Part shown: piece after piece, positions 1 to 11,236 of the stretch | Layout of the letters: each line of letters opens with the position of its first letter | How positions within the stretch are numbered: position 1 is the stretch's first letter | Assembly: GCA_041640595.1 (NCBI GenBank) | Contig: JBEPZY010000003.1 | Coordinates: forward strand, 148,773-212,772 | From: Gemmatales bacterium | GTDB lineage: Bacteria > Planctomycetota > Planctomycetia > Gemmatales > HRBIN36 | Length of the DNA: 64,000 nt | Direction of reading: 5' to 3' | The notes under the pieces: model-generated | Told to the model about the DNA's origin: nothing | The model's input: only the letters and a program-made list of their open reading frames with translations | The model's database searches: none | Translations under genes and position numbers: made by a program

Positions 1-2225
1 TTTCACGCTCGCACCGGCGTTGGTTAAACCACGGGGGGCTTACGCCCGCCAGCAGCCATCCGGCAACCTTTGCCACTAGCTGTAAGTGCGGTTCCTGAAC
101 CCACGGGGGGCTTACGCTCGCCAGCAGCCATCCGGCAACCTTCGCCACTAGTCGCAAGTGCGTTTTCCGAACCCACACTTGGTTGCTCAGTCGGTCGGGT
201 GTGTGAGCGATTGCGGCTGCCGATGCGGTTCTGAGCCACGGCGGGCTGACGCCCGCCGCTCCTGGTGCCCGCGCGAAGATTCTCCGAACTGTGCCACGTC
301 GCCGTTGCAAGTGCTTTTCCCGAACCCACGGGGGGCTTACGCCCCCCGCTCTTGTTTGGGCTGACGCCCGCCGCTCTTGTGAATGGTCGTTTGTGCATCG
401 CAGATGGCGCTATTCTCCGGCCGGGCGTAGCGTCGTGCGCCAAGAGCAGTCGGCGTGAGCCGACCGTCGGAAACGTTCACGCTCGCACCGGCGTTGGTTA
501 AACCCCGGGGGGCTTACGCTCGCCAGCAGCCATCCGGCAACCTTCGCCACTAGTTGGAAGTGCGGTTCCTGAACCCACGGGGGCTGACGCCCGCCGCTCT
601 TGTGTAGCAGTCGATCGTCGCGGGTGTGTGGGCGAATGCGGCTGCCGATGCGGTTCCGACCCACGGCGGGCTGACGGTCGCCGCTCTTGGTGCGTGTGCG
701 ACTCCGGATTGGAAGACACGACTTCCCGGCGAACGAACGTCGTGCACCAGGAGCGGCTGGCGTAAGCCAGCCGTGGTTCCCCAAACGCAACTGCATAGCA
801 TTCACGGTACACTACGGAGACCCGTGCACCTACCAACCCACGGCGGGCTGAGGGTCGCCGCTCCTGGTGGCCGCGCGAAGATTCTCCGAACTGTGCCACG
901 TCGCCGTTGCAAGTGCGTTTCCTGAACTCACGGGGGGCTTACGCCCCCCGCTCTTGTCTAGCAGTCGGTCGTCGCGGGTATGTGGGCGATTGCGGTTGCC
1001 GATGCGGTTCTGACCCACGGCGGGCTGACGGTCGCTACTCTTGTTCGTCCGTTGCAAGGTCGCCGAATAGTGCGCGGTTTTCGCCGGGCAGCGTGCGGTT
1101 TACCGAACCACGGCGGGCTGACGGTCGCCGCTCCTGTGAACGTGCGTTCGGATCTCGGAAAAACCGTCATTTCCTCGGCGATCGAACACGGTGCAACCAG
1201 GAGCGGCTGGCGTAAGCCAGCCGTGGTTCCCGAAACGCAACTGCATAGCATTCACGGTACACTACAGAGAACCCTCCACCTACCAACCCACGGAGGGCTT
1301 ACGCTCGCCAGAAGCCATCCGGCAACCTTCGCCACTGGCTGTAAGTGCGTTTCCCGAAACCACGGGGGGCTTACGCCCCCCGCTCTTGTCTAGCCAGTCG
1401 GTCGTTGCGGGTGTGTGGGCTATTGCGGTTCCCGATGCGGTTCTGAGCCACGACGGGCTGACGGTCACCGCCTTGTTCGTCCGTTGCAGGGTCGCCGAAT
1501 AGTGCGCGGTTTTCTCCGGACAGCGTGCGGTTCACCGAACCACGGCGGGCTGACGCCCGCCGCTCTTGGTGCCCGCGCGAAGATTCTCCGAACTGTGCCA
1601 CGTCGCCGTTGCAAGTGCGGTTCCTGAACCCACGGGGGGCTTACGTCCCCCGCTCTTGTGTAGCAGTCGAACGCCGCGGGGGTGTGGGCGATTGCGGTTG
1701 CCGATGCGGTTGTGAGCTACGGGTGGCTTACGCCCCCCGCCCTAGTTTGGACTGACGCCCGCCGCTCTTGGTACGGGTTCGACCCCGCATTGTAAGAAAT
1801 GATTTCCCGGCGAACGAGCGTCGTGCAGCAGGAGCGGCTGGCGTAAGCCAGCCGTGGTTCCCGAAACGCAACTGCAAGTGATTTACGGCACGCCATGCAG
1901 AACGTTCTACCGATCGAACCCACGGCGGGCTGACGCACGCCAGCAGCCATCCGGCAACCTTCGCCGCTAGCTGTAAGTGCGCTTCCTGAACCCACGGGGG
2001 GCTTACGCCCCCCGCTCTTGTTTGGGCTGACGGTCGTCGCGGGTATGTGGGCGATTGCGGTTGCCGATGCGGTTCTGAGCCACGGCGGGCTGACGCCCGC
2101 CGCTCTTGTTTAAGCTGACGGTCGTCGCTCCTGGTAATGACGTTCTACGCTCTCGAGGAAGTCGTCTCCTGTTGCAAGGCGTCGCTGAAACACGCATGCC
2201 CGGCTGAGGGTCGCCGCTGTTGGTA
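1..2225. repeat. REP/BIME-like mosaic of roughly 25 short palindromic units with recurring linker types
   Basis: Core CCACGG-CGGGCTGACGCCCG-CCGCTC / CCACGG-GGGGCTTACGCCCC-CCGCTC recurs every ~70-95 bp. Inverted copies (GAGCGGCTGGCGTAAGCCAGCCGTGG) sit at ~751, ~1201 and ~1832. Linkers are reused, and the array is open at the left window edge. Confidence 0.85.
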
Positions 2226-2320
2226 ACGATGATCGTCGCTCGTGGCAATGGTGCTCGCCGCTTCCGGTTGTGTGGGCGGATGGCGTCGCGGGTGCGCGTT
2301 TTCGATTTGCGGGGACGCGC

Positions 2321-2931
2321 GGTTTTGCAAGGTGGGTTCATGCGCTGGCACTGCGCATTGTCGCCCAGCACACCGCCAGGACACTAGGTTTTGCAAGGTG
2401 GGTTCATGCGCTGGCACTGCGTATCGTCGCCCAGCACACCGCCAGGGCGCCAGGTTTTGCACGGTGGGTTCATGCGCTGGCACTGCGTATCGTCGCCCAG
2501 CACACCGCCAGGGCGCCAGGGTTTGCACAGCGGGTTCATGCGCCGGTATCGCGTATCGTCGCACAGCACACCGCCAGGGCGCCGGGTTTTGGACGGTGGG
2601 TTCATGCGGTGGCACTGCGTATCGTCGCCCAGCACACCGCCAGGGCGCCAGGTTTTGCACGGCGGGTTCATGCGCCGGTATCGCGTATCGTCGCACTGCA
2701 CACCGCCAGGGCGCCAGGGTTTGCACAGCGGGTTCATGCGCTGGCATCGCGTATCGTCGCCCAGCACACCGCCAGGGCGCCAGGGTTTGCACAGCGGGTT
2801 CATGCGCCGGTATCGCGTATCGTCGCACTGCACACCGTCGGGGCGCCAGGTTTTGCACGGCGGGTTTATGCGCTGGCACTGCGCATTGTCGCACAGCACA
2901 CCGCCAGGGCGCCAGGTTTTGCACGGCGGGT
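2321..2931. repeat. 66-bp tandem repeat, about 9.3 copies
   Basis: Unit GGTTTTGCACGGTGGGTTCATGCGCTGGCACTGCGTATCGTCGCCCAGCACACCGCCAGGGCGCCA starts at 2321, 2387, 2453 and so on to 2915. Confidence 0.95.
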
Positions 2932-3141
2932 TAACGCGAGCCACGGGTAGCCGGAACTCATAGCACTGGCATGGTCGCCTTGGCCAGGGTTTGCAGCGAC
3001 CACCAGCGCCTGTTCTTGTGCTGGCTTCGTGCCTGAGCGCAAGCATTGTCTCAGTGCTGGTTGGGTGAGCCTGTGCGGGCACGGAAACATACAATCTTGC
3101 GGAGACGCACCAGGCAATCATTCAGCAGGAGATAACCAGCA

Positions 3142-5019
3142 ATGGCCAGCGGATATGCGGGGAAGATTTTGCGGATTGATTTGAGCGAGCGGACGACTCG
3201 CGTGGAAAGCGTGGATGATCTGACGTTGCGGCGATATTTGGGCGGGGGATTGCTCGGGGCATATTTTCTGCTGAAAGAGACGCCGGCTGGCTTGAGTCCG
3301 TTTGATCCGCGTTCGCCGTTGATGTTTTTCACCAGTGCGATGAACGGCTCGGCGTTATCGGGAGCGAATCGCTACGTGGCGGTAGCGAAAAGTCCGTTGA
3401 CCGGCGGGTACGGGGAATCGGAAGCGGGTGGTTACTGGGGTCCAGCGTTGCGCCAGGCGGGTTTCGATGGCCTGATCATCACGGGCCGGGCTGAATCTCC
3501 GACCTGGCTGCTGATTTACGATGGCCGATGTGAGTTCCGCGATGCTCGCCGATACTGGGGCCAACTCGCCGGCAATGTGGATGACGGCATCAAAGCCGAG
3601 TGCAAGGATCAGCGGGTGGTAGTGCTGCAGACAGGCATAGCTGGGGAAAGACGGGTGCGGTTCGCGGCGATGGTGAACAATTGCCGGCATTTTCACGGGC
3701 GTTGCGGACTGGGTGCGGTGATGGGTTCGAAGAATCTCAAAGCGATCGCTGTGGGCGGTCACGATAAACCGGTTGCTGCCGAGCCGCAAATCACTCAGGA
3801 TGTGTTGCTGTGGTTCAAGCGGAATTACGACCGCAGCCAGGACACCATGCACCTGTACGGTACGGCACGCGGGGTCAAGAACCTGCAGGCGATGGGTATC
3901 CTGCCGAGTCGCCATTTCCGCGACGGTGCGTTCGAGCAATTTCAGGAGGTTACGGGCGAGCGCATGGCGCAAACGATTCTCACGCGGCGAGGAACCTGTT
4001 ATGCCTGTGCGGTGGCCTGCAAACGCGAGGTGACCGTGCCGGAGCTGGGCGTTACTCCCAAATATGGCGGCCCGGAATACGAGACCATCGCTGCTATCGG
4101 CACCATGAATGGCATCGCCGACCTCAAGCGCATCGCCCTGGCCAATCAGTTATGCAGTCAGTATGTGCTGGACACGATTTCCACCGGGGTGGTGATTTCC
4201 TTTGCCATCGAGGCGTACAATCTGGGCATCCTGACCCGCGAGGAGGTTGGTTTTCCGCTGGTTTACGGTGATCCGGAAGTGCCGATCCGTCTGATTCCGA
4301 TGATTGCCCGGCGGGAAGGAATCGGCGATTTACTGGCCGAAGGCGTGATGCGAGCGGCCCGGCGGCTGGGTCGGGGTGCGGAAGCCATCGCCCTGCATGT
4401 TCGCGGTCAGGAAGTGCCCATGCACGAACCAAGAGGCAAGAAAAGCCTGGCGCTGGCTTATTCCACCAGTCCCACCGGGGCCGACCACATGGAGGCGCCG
4501 CACGACCCGATTTATGAGGGCTTTTATCCGGGCAAGCATCCCCTGGCGGCGCTGGGGCTGATCGAACCGGTGCCGATGCTCGATTTCGGTCCCCGCAAGG
4601 TTCGGGCCTTCACTTACCTGCAGAAACTCTGGACGCTGTACAACATTGTCGGCATGTGTTGCTTTGTGGGCGTGCCGATTGGTAAACTGGAGTTAGAGCA
4701 ACTCGTCCGCTACTTCAACGGGATGACCGGCTGGGATGTGAGTCTGTGGGAGCTGCTCAAGGCTTCGGATCGGGCCAACGCTTTGTATCGGCTCTACAAT
4801 CACCGCGAAGGTCTGGGAGCAGTCGCGGACACCTTGCCCGATCGCTTCTTCCAGCCACTGGAAGCGGGTGCATTGAAAGGCGAGAAACTCGACCGCGAGC
4901 AATTTCACCAGGCGCTACGGACTTACTACCGCATGATGGGCTGGGATGTCGAACGCGGCATTCCCACGCCGGAATTGTGTGCGGAACTGGAAATCGAATG
5001 GGCGCTGGCAGCGGTGTGA
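3142..5019 (+). CDS. aor: aldehyde:ferredoxin oxidoreductase family (W/Mo-pterin, 4Fe-4S)
   Basis: GYAGKILRIDLS N-terminus, KSPLTG, GRCGLGAVMGSKNLKAI, CxxCxxxC, EYET and DTIS motifs; AGGAG RBS upstream. Confidence 0.93.
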   Translation: MASGYAGKILRIDLSERTTRVESVDDLTLRRYLGGGLLGAYFLLKETPAGLSPFDPRSPLMFFTSAMNGSALSGANRYVAVAKSPLTGGYGESEAGGYWGPALRQAGFDGLIITGRAESPTWLLIYDGRCEFRDARRYWGQLAGNVDDGIKAECKDQRVVVLQTGIAGERRVRFAAMVNNCRHFHGRCGLGAVMGSKNLKAIAVGGHDKPVAAEPQITQDVLLWFKRNYDRSQDTMHLYGTARGVKNLQAMGILPSRHFRDGAFEQFQEVTGERMAQTILTRRGTCYACAVACKREVTVPELGVTPKYGGPEYETIAAIGTMNGIADLKRIALANQLCSQYVLDTISTGVVISFAIEAYNLGILTREEVGFPLVYGDPEVPIRLIPMIARREGIGDLLAEGVMRAARRLGRGAEAIALHVRGQEVPMHEPRGKKSLALAYSTSPTGADHMEAPHDPIYEGFYPGKHPLAALGLIEPVPMLDFGPRKVRAFTYLQKLWTLYNIVGMCCFVGVPIGKLELEQLVRYFNGMTGWDVSLWELLKASDRANALYRLYNHREGLGAVADTLPDRFFQPLEAGALKGEKLDREQFHQALRTYYRMMGWDVERGIPTPELCAELEIEWALAAV

Positions 5020-5269
5020 TTGGGGCTGACGCTGCCATGTGAGCCAGCATGCGAAACGCGGTCCAGCCCAGTGCATGCCGCGAAGCTGTGCCATTGGCGC
5101 TGGTGCTATCAGCCAGGCCAGTGGGTTGCTCATCTGGGTCTGGTTTCGGTCATTTGCGAGGGGGAATGGTGACTACAGGCAGTGAATTCGTCCGCATTCC
5201 TGGCGGCGACCATACTAAAATTGGTCGGGGATTGGCTTTGTCTAAGGGGGATTCACAAGGAGAGCGGTC

Positions 5270-6295
5270 ATGATTCGTGTGCGTTGTCCTGGTTGCCAGC
5301 GGCCCGTCGAATTCGAGAACGACAAGGCTGGGAAAGCGGTCTGGTGCCCGGAATGTGGCAAGGGCTTTCGCTTGCCCAATATTAAGCCGGCCAAAACTGC
5401 GGTCAAACCAGCCGGCCCGGTGCTGGAAAAAAGTGCCAAAGGGCAAGCAGCCAGTCCACCGGTGGGGGTCAAGCAAAACGATGAATGGGACGATCGGTCT
5501 CCGTATGCGGTAAAAGAGGAGCCGGCTCCGCAGCAGAAAGAGGAGGAGGAAAACCGTGTTTCCGAATTAGTTCGGCGAGCGGAGCGGCTCAAGGCGCGAG
5601 AACGGGCCCTGGCTGCCGTTGCTAAGCCCGGTTTCTTTTTCAAAGCGCTGGCCACGTATTGTGCGGTCATCACAGTCATTACGTTTCTGGTGCTCAGCGG
5701 CGACGCCATACTGGCCGCGTTCAAACGCAAGATGCACGCTGAAGAAATCGCCAGACAAAACGCCGACGCTTTTAAACAAGGTGGTGCTCCCGTGGCCGGG
5801 AAAGAGCGCGACTGGCCACTTTCCATCACCGAGCGGATTTTCGGCGAGAAGACCCCTTACGTGGTCGTACAACTGGCACTGGTGGGAATAACCGCCGTGC
5901 ATCTCGTCCTGCTTGGCATTGTCATCACGGGTGCGGAAAAATTCCGCAAGTTCGACTCCTACAACTGGGTGGTAGCCGGTTGTATTGTCGGAACCCTGGT
6001 GGGGCTGGCTTCAGCAGGGGCTCCTGTAAGTTTGTTTTACCAGATTATGAGCGACAGCGGTATGGATGTATATCAGTACCTCGGCAAATTCCTCGGCGCG
6101 TTGCTCACGCTGCCGTTTCCGCTCATGGGCCTGGCGTCGTTGCTCGTGCTCTCCATGGCTATGCGCAAGGACATCAAAAGGGAATTCTTCTGGCGGCCAG
6201 GACAGCCGATTACTGACATGGACGAGGAGGAAGAGGAAGAAGAAGCGGAAGAAGACGAGGAGGCCGAAGACGAGGACGACGAGGAAGAGGACTAA
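5270..6295 (+). CDS. membrane protein with N-terminal Zn-ribbon and acidic C-terminal tail
   Basis: CPGC...CPEC motif, about 4 hydrophobic segments, poly-E/D tail; AAGGAG RBS. Confidence 0.8.
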   Translation: MIRVRCPGCQRPVEFENDKAGKAVWCPECGKGFRLPNIKPAKTAVKPAGPVLEKSAKGQAASPPVGVKQNDEWDDRSPYAVKEEPAPQQKEEEENRVSELVRRAERLKARERALAAVAKPGFFFKALATYCAVITVITFLVLSGDAILAAFKRKMHAEEIARQNADAFKQGGAPVAGKERDWPLSITERIFGEKTPYVVVQLALVGITAVHLVLLGIVITGAEKFRKFDSYNWVVAGCIVGTLVGLASAGAPVSLFYQIMSDSGMDVYQYLGKFLGALLTLPFPLMGLASLLVLSMAMRKDIKREFFWRPGQPITDMDEEEEEEEAEEDEEAEDEDDEEED

Positions 6296-7303
6296 CCGTT
6301 TGCCCAACGCTTGCATTTTTCCCGGCAGCACACGCCGCGTAGTTTGTAAACCGAACTTGGCTTTACCCATCTCCCCATAAAGTCCACATCTCCCGATAAA
6401 AACACCCCAGGCGACGCACGCCGCGTCGTTTGCAGGCAAACCCACCGCACCTCATCGAGCCAACGCGACTGCCGTCAACCCAATGGACAAACGTAGGGGA
6501 CCAGGGTTGGCAGCGGGCAGCTTGTATAACCCAGACCGCAGAGGGCGTGAGCAGCACCAGCGCGGGGCGTAGAAAGTTAACACCGGGCAGCGGTGTAAAG
6601 TCTCCCTGGCTGGCGGTGTTAACCGAGAATTGATTTGCCGCAGGATATTTATGTTCGGGCCAGGAAAATCCCGTCGCTCGCGGGTGGGACAATTTTCGTT
6701 CCGCTGTGAATTTTCACACCTGCGTACACTAACACACGTCTGGGAAAACCGAAACCCGGCCTTCTCGTCCGATTCGGTGCTGAAAGCGCAGTTTCGCACG
6801 CAAACAGGCATGGGCTTTGCGACCTGACTGCGTTACCGCATGGCCAGACCCCGGAGCGCGGCAGTGAATGGAAGTGGCGCGGCTGCCGCGCTCCTCCTCC
6901 CGTTGCCGTGAGCCACTCCGTATGGGTTCGCAATACTGCTCACCCAGAGCCTCGCTCATGATACTTGGAGCACCTGCCAATCCGGGCAATTGCCAACGAT
7001 GCTGGGCGCTTATCGGATTCGATGGCAGCCGCCGGGTAATTGCCGTTGCGGAAACGTCATGGACAGGCGGAGTAGAACGGCCCGGGACGGAGCACGTTGT
7101 GGAACAAAACACGCGATTATCGCCGCCAAGTTACCAGTACGGTGCGTCCCTTTCGTATCCCGGCATTCCTTGCGACACCTCGACGGGCTGGCAGTTGCTG
7201 GACAGGCTATGGGCAGAATTGCGCTGGTTGCAGCGGCAAGCGAACCGTTTGCGGCGAAGCCGTTTGCATGTCCGATAATCCGGTTTTGTTCGCGGGCAAC
7301 CGG

Positions 7304-10300
7304 TTAGCCATGATGGCCAAACTGGGGCTTGCCTGACGGTTTGTCCGACGCAGATGGTGGCGGAATGGACCAGAACCAGACCACGCCGGCACCATCTACG
7401 CAGTGCAAACCCTGGTCGGTAGCGACGAGCTCCTTACAACCGGTCGGCAGAATCGCCGCAGACAGAACAGGGCTGGCCAGTTCGGTATCCCAGAGCATCA
7501 CCTGTCCTGTAGCATCGGCAGTAGCAAACCATTCCCCGTCGGCAGATGCGGCAAGATGAAGGATCGGGGAGGCACACGCGATCTCCTGCCAGGTCCACGT
7601 CGAGCCATCACTGGCAAATTTACCGAGCATCAGCGTATTTTCCGCGCAGGCAACCAGCAGGACTTTTCGGGAGTCGCACCAGGCCAGGGAAGTGGGCGTT
7701 TTTCCGGCAAGTGAGCACTCTTCGCAGTCCTGCACTTCCCTATCAGAACCAGCGGGCAGCGTGCCTGTCAGCAGTTTGCGATCCTTGGTCAGAGCGCACA
7801 CCTTACCAATCGCTGGAGCGGTAATTGTGCGGATAACGTGTCGGTCAGCGGGCCAGGTGAAATCCCCTGTCGCGGGTGAGTGTTTTCGTTGCGGCGGGGC
7901 TGGCGGGTCGGCAACTGCGCGATGGACGATTCGGCGGGCCAGCGTTACGGGAATGAGAAAAACCTCGCCCCTGGAGGTACGGCAGGCCAGTTCGTCCAGA
8001 CCCGCAGCAAAGTGCATGTCCACGATAGATAGCTTTCGGGGCAACTGCCAGCGACAAAGCGGGCTACCTTTCCGCTGGTAATAAACGGACCCATCTTCGG
8101 CAGCCAGAACGACCATCGAACCATCGTCGCTCAGCGCACAGGCTTTCGCGGGCTCTGGCAATGTCTGGGGATCCTCCAGCCACAACCGGTCCCAGCCGGG
8201 CTGCCAGCGACCGGTTCGCCAGCTACGATCCGGCTGCACAAGCAGCAGATAGCCACGGCGGTTGATTACCGCACGCTGAATCGGTGCGGGAAGTTGTGCA
8301 AGCCAGTAATCGCTTTGCTCGGCTCGCGTCTCGAGGACACCGTGGCTTGAGTCGTCCCGATTCAGAGGCCACACGTATAGCTTGCCGGTAGCAGTAAGTG
8401 CCAGCAGATGATCGGAGCCGACGAACTCACATGCACGTAATTCTTCGGCCGGAAGGCTGATCGTTCGCGGAAACGCATTCGGTTCCGGAAACAGGCCGAT
8501 TTGCCAGGAAGCGGTCGCGTTCGGGCGATAAATTACCGCGATGGTCTTTCTTTCGGCATCCAGACGCACACCGAACAGAGTTTCGGCTTGCCCTTCCCAG
8601 GTCCAGAAAGGCACGGGCGAATCTCCGGCCAAACCGCTAGCCCCACCACCACCCCAGACCGCAAGGAGGCGTTGTCCCACTGAGAGAAGACCAGCCGAAC
8701 CGCTCTGAAGACCATCCCGGCCAAAAGGTACCTTGTACAGCGTCCTGGCGGTAACCGATGCCGCTTCGGTGCGCCGAAGGAAAATCACCTGGCCATCAGC
8801 GGTCAGGCCAGCCCAGCCGTCTTCCCATTGGGTCAGGGCTAACACCGGCGGATGTTGCCAGCTCGGCTGTTGTATAAGCTGCAAACGGGCCTGCAAGAGC
8901 CGCCACTCCCATCGCCGTTGCTCGACCGGTATTTGTTCCAGTAGCGTCACCGCGGAACGATAGTCCCCTTGCTGGAAGGAATGGAAAGCGTCCTGGACCT
9001 GGCGAAGGGTTTGTTGTCTTTGCTGGCGAGCGCGTGCCTGGCGAAGTTGCTCGCGTTCGCGGAGCAGCGCCAGTTCCGCCGACCAGGCTCGCTCGGCCTG
9101 GGAATGAGCGAGTCGCGCCTGCCAGGTCACGCCGGCCAAGCCCAGGCCGGTAACGATTGCCGTAGCGGTAACCAGAGCCGCCATCGTCGGCCTGCGCTTC
9201 ACCCATTTCAGCGTGCGATACCACCAGGGTCGCGGCGCTGCCAAGATCGGTTCGCCGGCCAACCAGCGTTCCAAATCTTCAGCGAGGGCTTCTGCGGAGG
9301 GATAACGATTTTGCGGTTCGCGTTCCAGGCACTTCAGACAGATACTTTCGAGGTCGCGGTCAATCCGTGGGTTGAGCTGGCGGGGTGGAATGGGGCGCTC
9401 GGTCAGCACCTGACGAACCGTCGCCATGCGGGTCGGGCCTTTGAAAGGCGGTCGTCCCGTGAGCATTTCATACAGAATGGCTCCCAAACTGTAGATGTCC
9501 GCCGCAACGGTGACCACTCCTTTCTTGCCGGAAGCCTGTTCGGGAGCCATATAGCTGGGGGTGCCGACGATCTCTCCCACCTGGGTCAGGTCGAGTTCGC
9601 GCGAACCCGGCCGAGATCGCTGGCTGTCCGAGGCCGGGTCGGCGCTGGCATCCCGCGGCGCCGATGCCGCCGAATGCGGTGGCGATGCTTCACTGGCATC
9701 GGTAGTTACTTCGCCGCGCAGGTTTTTCGCCACGCCGAAATCGGCCACATGGGGTCGGCCATCTTTGTCGAGCAGAATGTTGGCCGGCTTCAGGTCGCGG
9801 TGCAGAATACCGCGCTGGTGGGCGTAATGGATACCACGGGCGGCGGAGATAATCAAACGGGCAGCAGCACGGTGATCGTCACGGTATCGGGCCATGTGCT
9901 GCGCCAGGTTGCCACCTTCAATCAACCGCATGCTGTAAAAGTAATAACCGTCATGTTCGCCCACTTCGTAAATGGGAACAATCCGCGGATGATCAATACT
10001 GGCGGCCGCTTCCACTTCAATGCGAAACCGTTGCCGTTCCACCGGGTTCGCCAGTTCGCTGCCCGGAATAATTTTCAACGCTACCAGTCGGTTGAGACTG
10101 ATTTGCCGGGCTTTGTACACCACGCCCATCCCGCCGCGGGCGATCCGTTCGAGGATTTCATAATCCCCGAAGATGCGGCCCGGAAACGGGTCAAGCGGTT
10201 CCTGCACCGGAACCTGCGGCGTGGTGCTATACTCGGCAGAATGCGTCTCTGCCGGGCGTTTGCGCAGTGAACCCGGTGGTGGCCCGGGATCGCTTTTGCC

Positions 10301-10360
10301 GCTTGGGTCAGGCATAGCTGGTGTGGTGTGGCTGGATTGCGTCGAGACCGATCCTGACAA
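7304..10360 (-). CDS. Ser/Thr protein kinase with TM segment and WD40-like beta-propeller
   Basis: IARGGMGVVY, VALK, HRDLKPANILL, DFG, GTPSYMAPE and DIYSLG motifs; C-terminal WD-like repeats (VMLWD). Confidence 0.92.
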   Translation of the reverse strand: MSGSVSTQSSHTTPAMPDPSGKSDPGPPPGSLRKRPAETHSAEYSTTPQVPVQEPLDPFPGRIFGDYEILERIARGGMGVVYKARQISLNRLVALKIIPGSELANPVERQRFRIEVEAAASIDHPRIVPIYEVGEHDGYYFYSMRLIEGGNLAQHMARYRDDHRAAARLIISAARGIHYAHQRGILHRDLKPANILLDKDGRPHVADFGVAKNLRGEVTTDASEASPPHSAASAPRDASADPASDSQRSRPGSRELDLTQVGEIVGTPSYMAPEQASGKKGVVTVAADIYSLGAILYEMLTGRPPFKGPTRMATVRQVLTERPIPPRQLNPRIDRDLESICLKCLEREPQNRYPSAEALAEDLERWLAGEPILAAPRPWWYRTLKWVKRRPTMAALVTATAIVTGLGLAGVTWQARLAHSQAERAWSAELALLREREQLRQARARQQRQQTLRQVQDAFHSFQQGDYRSAVTLLEQIPVEQRRWEWRLLQARLQLIQQPSWQHPPVLALTQWEDGWAGLTADGQVIFLRRTEAASVTARTLYKVPFGRDGLQSGSAGLLSVGQRLLAVWGGGGASGLAGDSPVPFWTWEGQAETLFGVRLDAERKTIAVIYRPNATASWQIGLFPEPNAFPRTISLPAEELRACEFVGSDHLLALTATGKLYVWPLNRDDSSHGVLETRAEQSDYWLAQLPAPIQRAVINRRGYLLLVQPDRSWRTGRWQPGWDRLWLEDPQTLPEPAKACALSDDGSMVVLAAEDGSVYYQRKGSPLCRWQLPRKLSIVDMHFAAGLDELACRTSRGEVFLIPVTLARRIVHRAVADPPAPPQRKHSPATGDFTWPADRHVIRTITAPAIGKVCALTKDRKLLTGTLPAGSDREVQDCEECSLAGKTPTSLAWCDSRKVLLVACAENTLMLGKFASDGSTWTWQEIACASPILHLAASADGEWFATADATGQVMLWDTELASPVLSAAILPTGCKELVATDQGLHCVDGAGVVWFWSIPPPSASDKPSGKPQFGHHG

Positions 10361-10420
10361 ACCCGCCAGACTGCGTCAGGCTCCCGCACAAGTATAGCTC
10401 ACACCAGCACCACCAGCCGA

Positions 10421-11035
10421 TCAGGGCAACCGGCGAATGCCAATGTTGCGGTATTCGAATTTCCCCGATTCAGCCTGCAAACCGATCGGCCCCTTTTCCG
10501 GCACTTTGAATCTGTCGGTCAACACTTCGCCGTTACACTGGCATACCGCATTGGTTCCGCGGACGACGATGTCCAGGACATTCCAATCGCCGCTTTTGAA
10601 CGATTTTGGCTTGTATGGACCGACGGTCGGATAATCGCGCACCTGCAACTGCACCCCGCGGATGTACACGCCGCTATCCGCACGCGGAGCGGCGCGAAAC
10701 TCCAGCCGCAGATGAAAATCGCCGTCGAAACTCTGGGCGGTGTACAGATCGCGAATGCCGCCTTTACCCTGTTTATCCTTGGCCTCGATGACGATGACGC
10801 CATCCTGCACCCGGATGCGACCATCCGGCGTTTCTGTTTGCCCGTCCATAGGCTTCCCCTTCTGGCCGGGATACACCCAACCGGTCAAATCCTTGCCGTT
10901 GAATAACGGTTCAAACTTGAACTCGGCCTTTTCGTTGGTCGGTTTGGTCTGGCCGTAAAAGTCGGGCACACCACCAAGCATGGCGGCCAGCATGGTGGCC
11001 ACCGTTACGGCCACAGTCAGCGACACCTGGCGCAT
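10421..11035 (-). CDS. DUF1080 (3-keto-disaccharide hydrolase-like) exported protein
   Basis: Signal peptide; LFNGKDLTGW, DSGVYIR and GPIGLQAE...YRNI motifs. Confidence 0.9.
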   Translation of the reverse strand: MRQVSLTVAVTVATMLAAMLGGVPDFYGQTKPTNEKAEFKFEPLFNGKDLTGWVYPGQKGKPMDGQTETPDGRIRVQDGVIVIEAKDKQGKGGIRDLYTAQSFDGDFHLRLEFRAAPRADSGVYIRGVQLQVRDYPTVGPYKPKSFKSGDWNVLDIVVRGTNAVCQCNGEVLTDRFKVPEKGPIGLQAESGKFEYRNIGIRRLP

Positions 11036-11236
11036 GGGCTTCTCCTTGTGCAGATGGCTTTACCGGAAACATGGGCCAGCGGCCTTACCGAGACGGCACG
11101 ACTGGCCGAGACGCTGGGCATGGCTAATTTCGCAGTTCGTGAGGCAGGTTATCGGGTGGGATAAATCGGCGGGAAAATCATCGCCATTTCGGCGGATTCG
11201 GTTTTCACAAGCAGTGTATTTGCACCACTGGTCGCG

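Noticed and set aside
1..2225. CRISPR array
   Set aside because: The spacers recur many times, the repeats vary and some are inverted; this fits a REP/BIME mosaic.
24..3121. Many overlapping ORFs in the repeat region
   Set aside because: By-products of GC-rich repeats; no RBS or recognisable domains.
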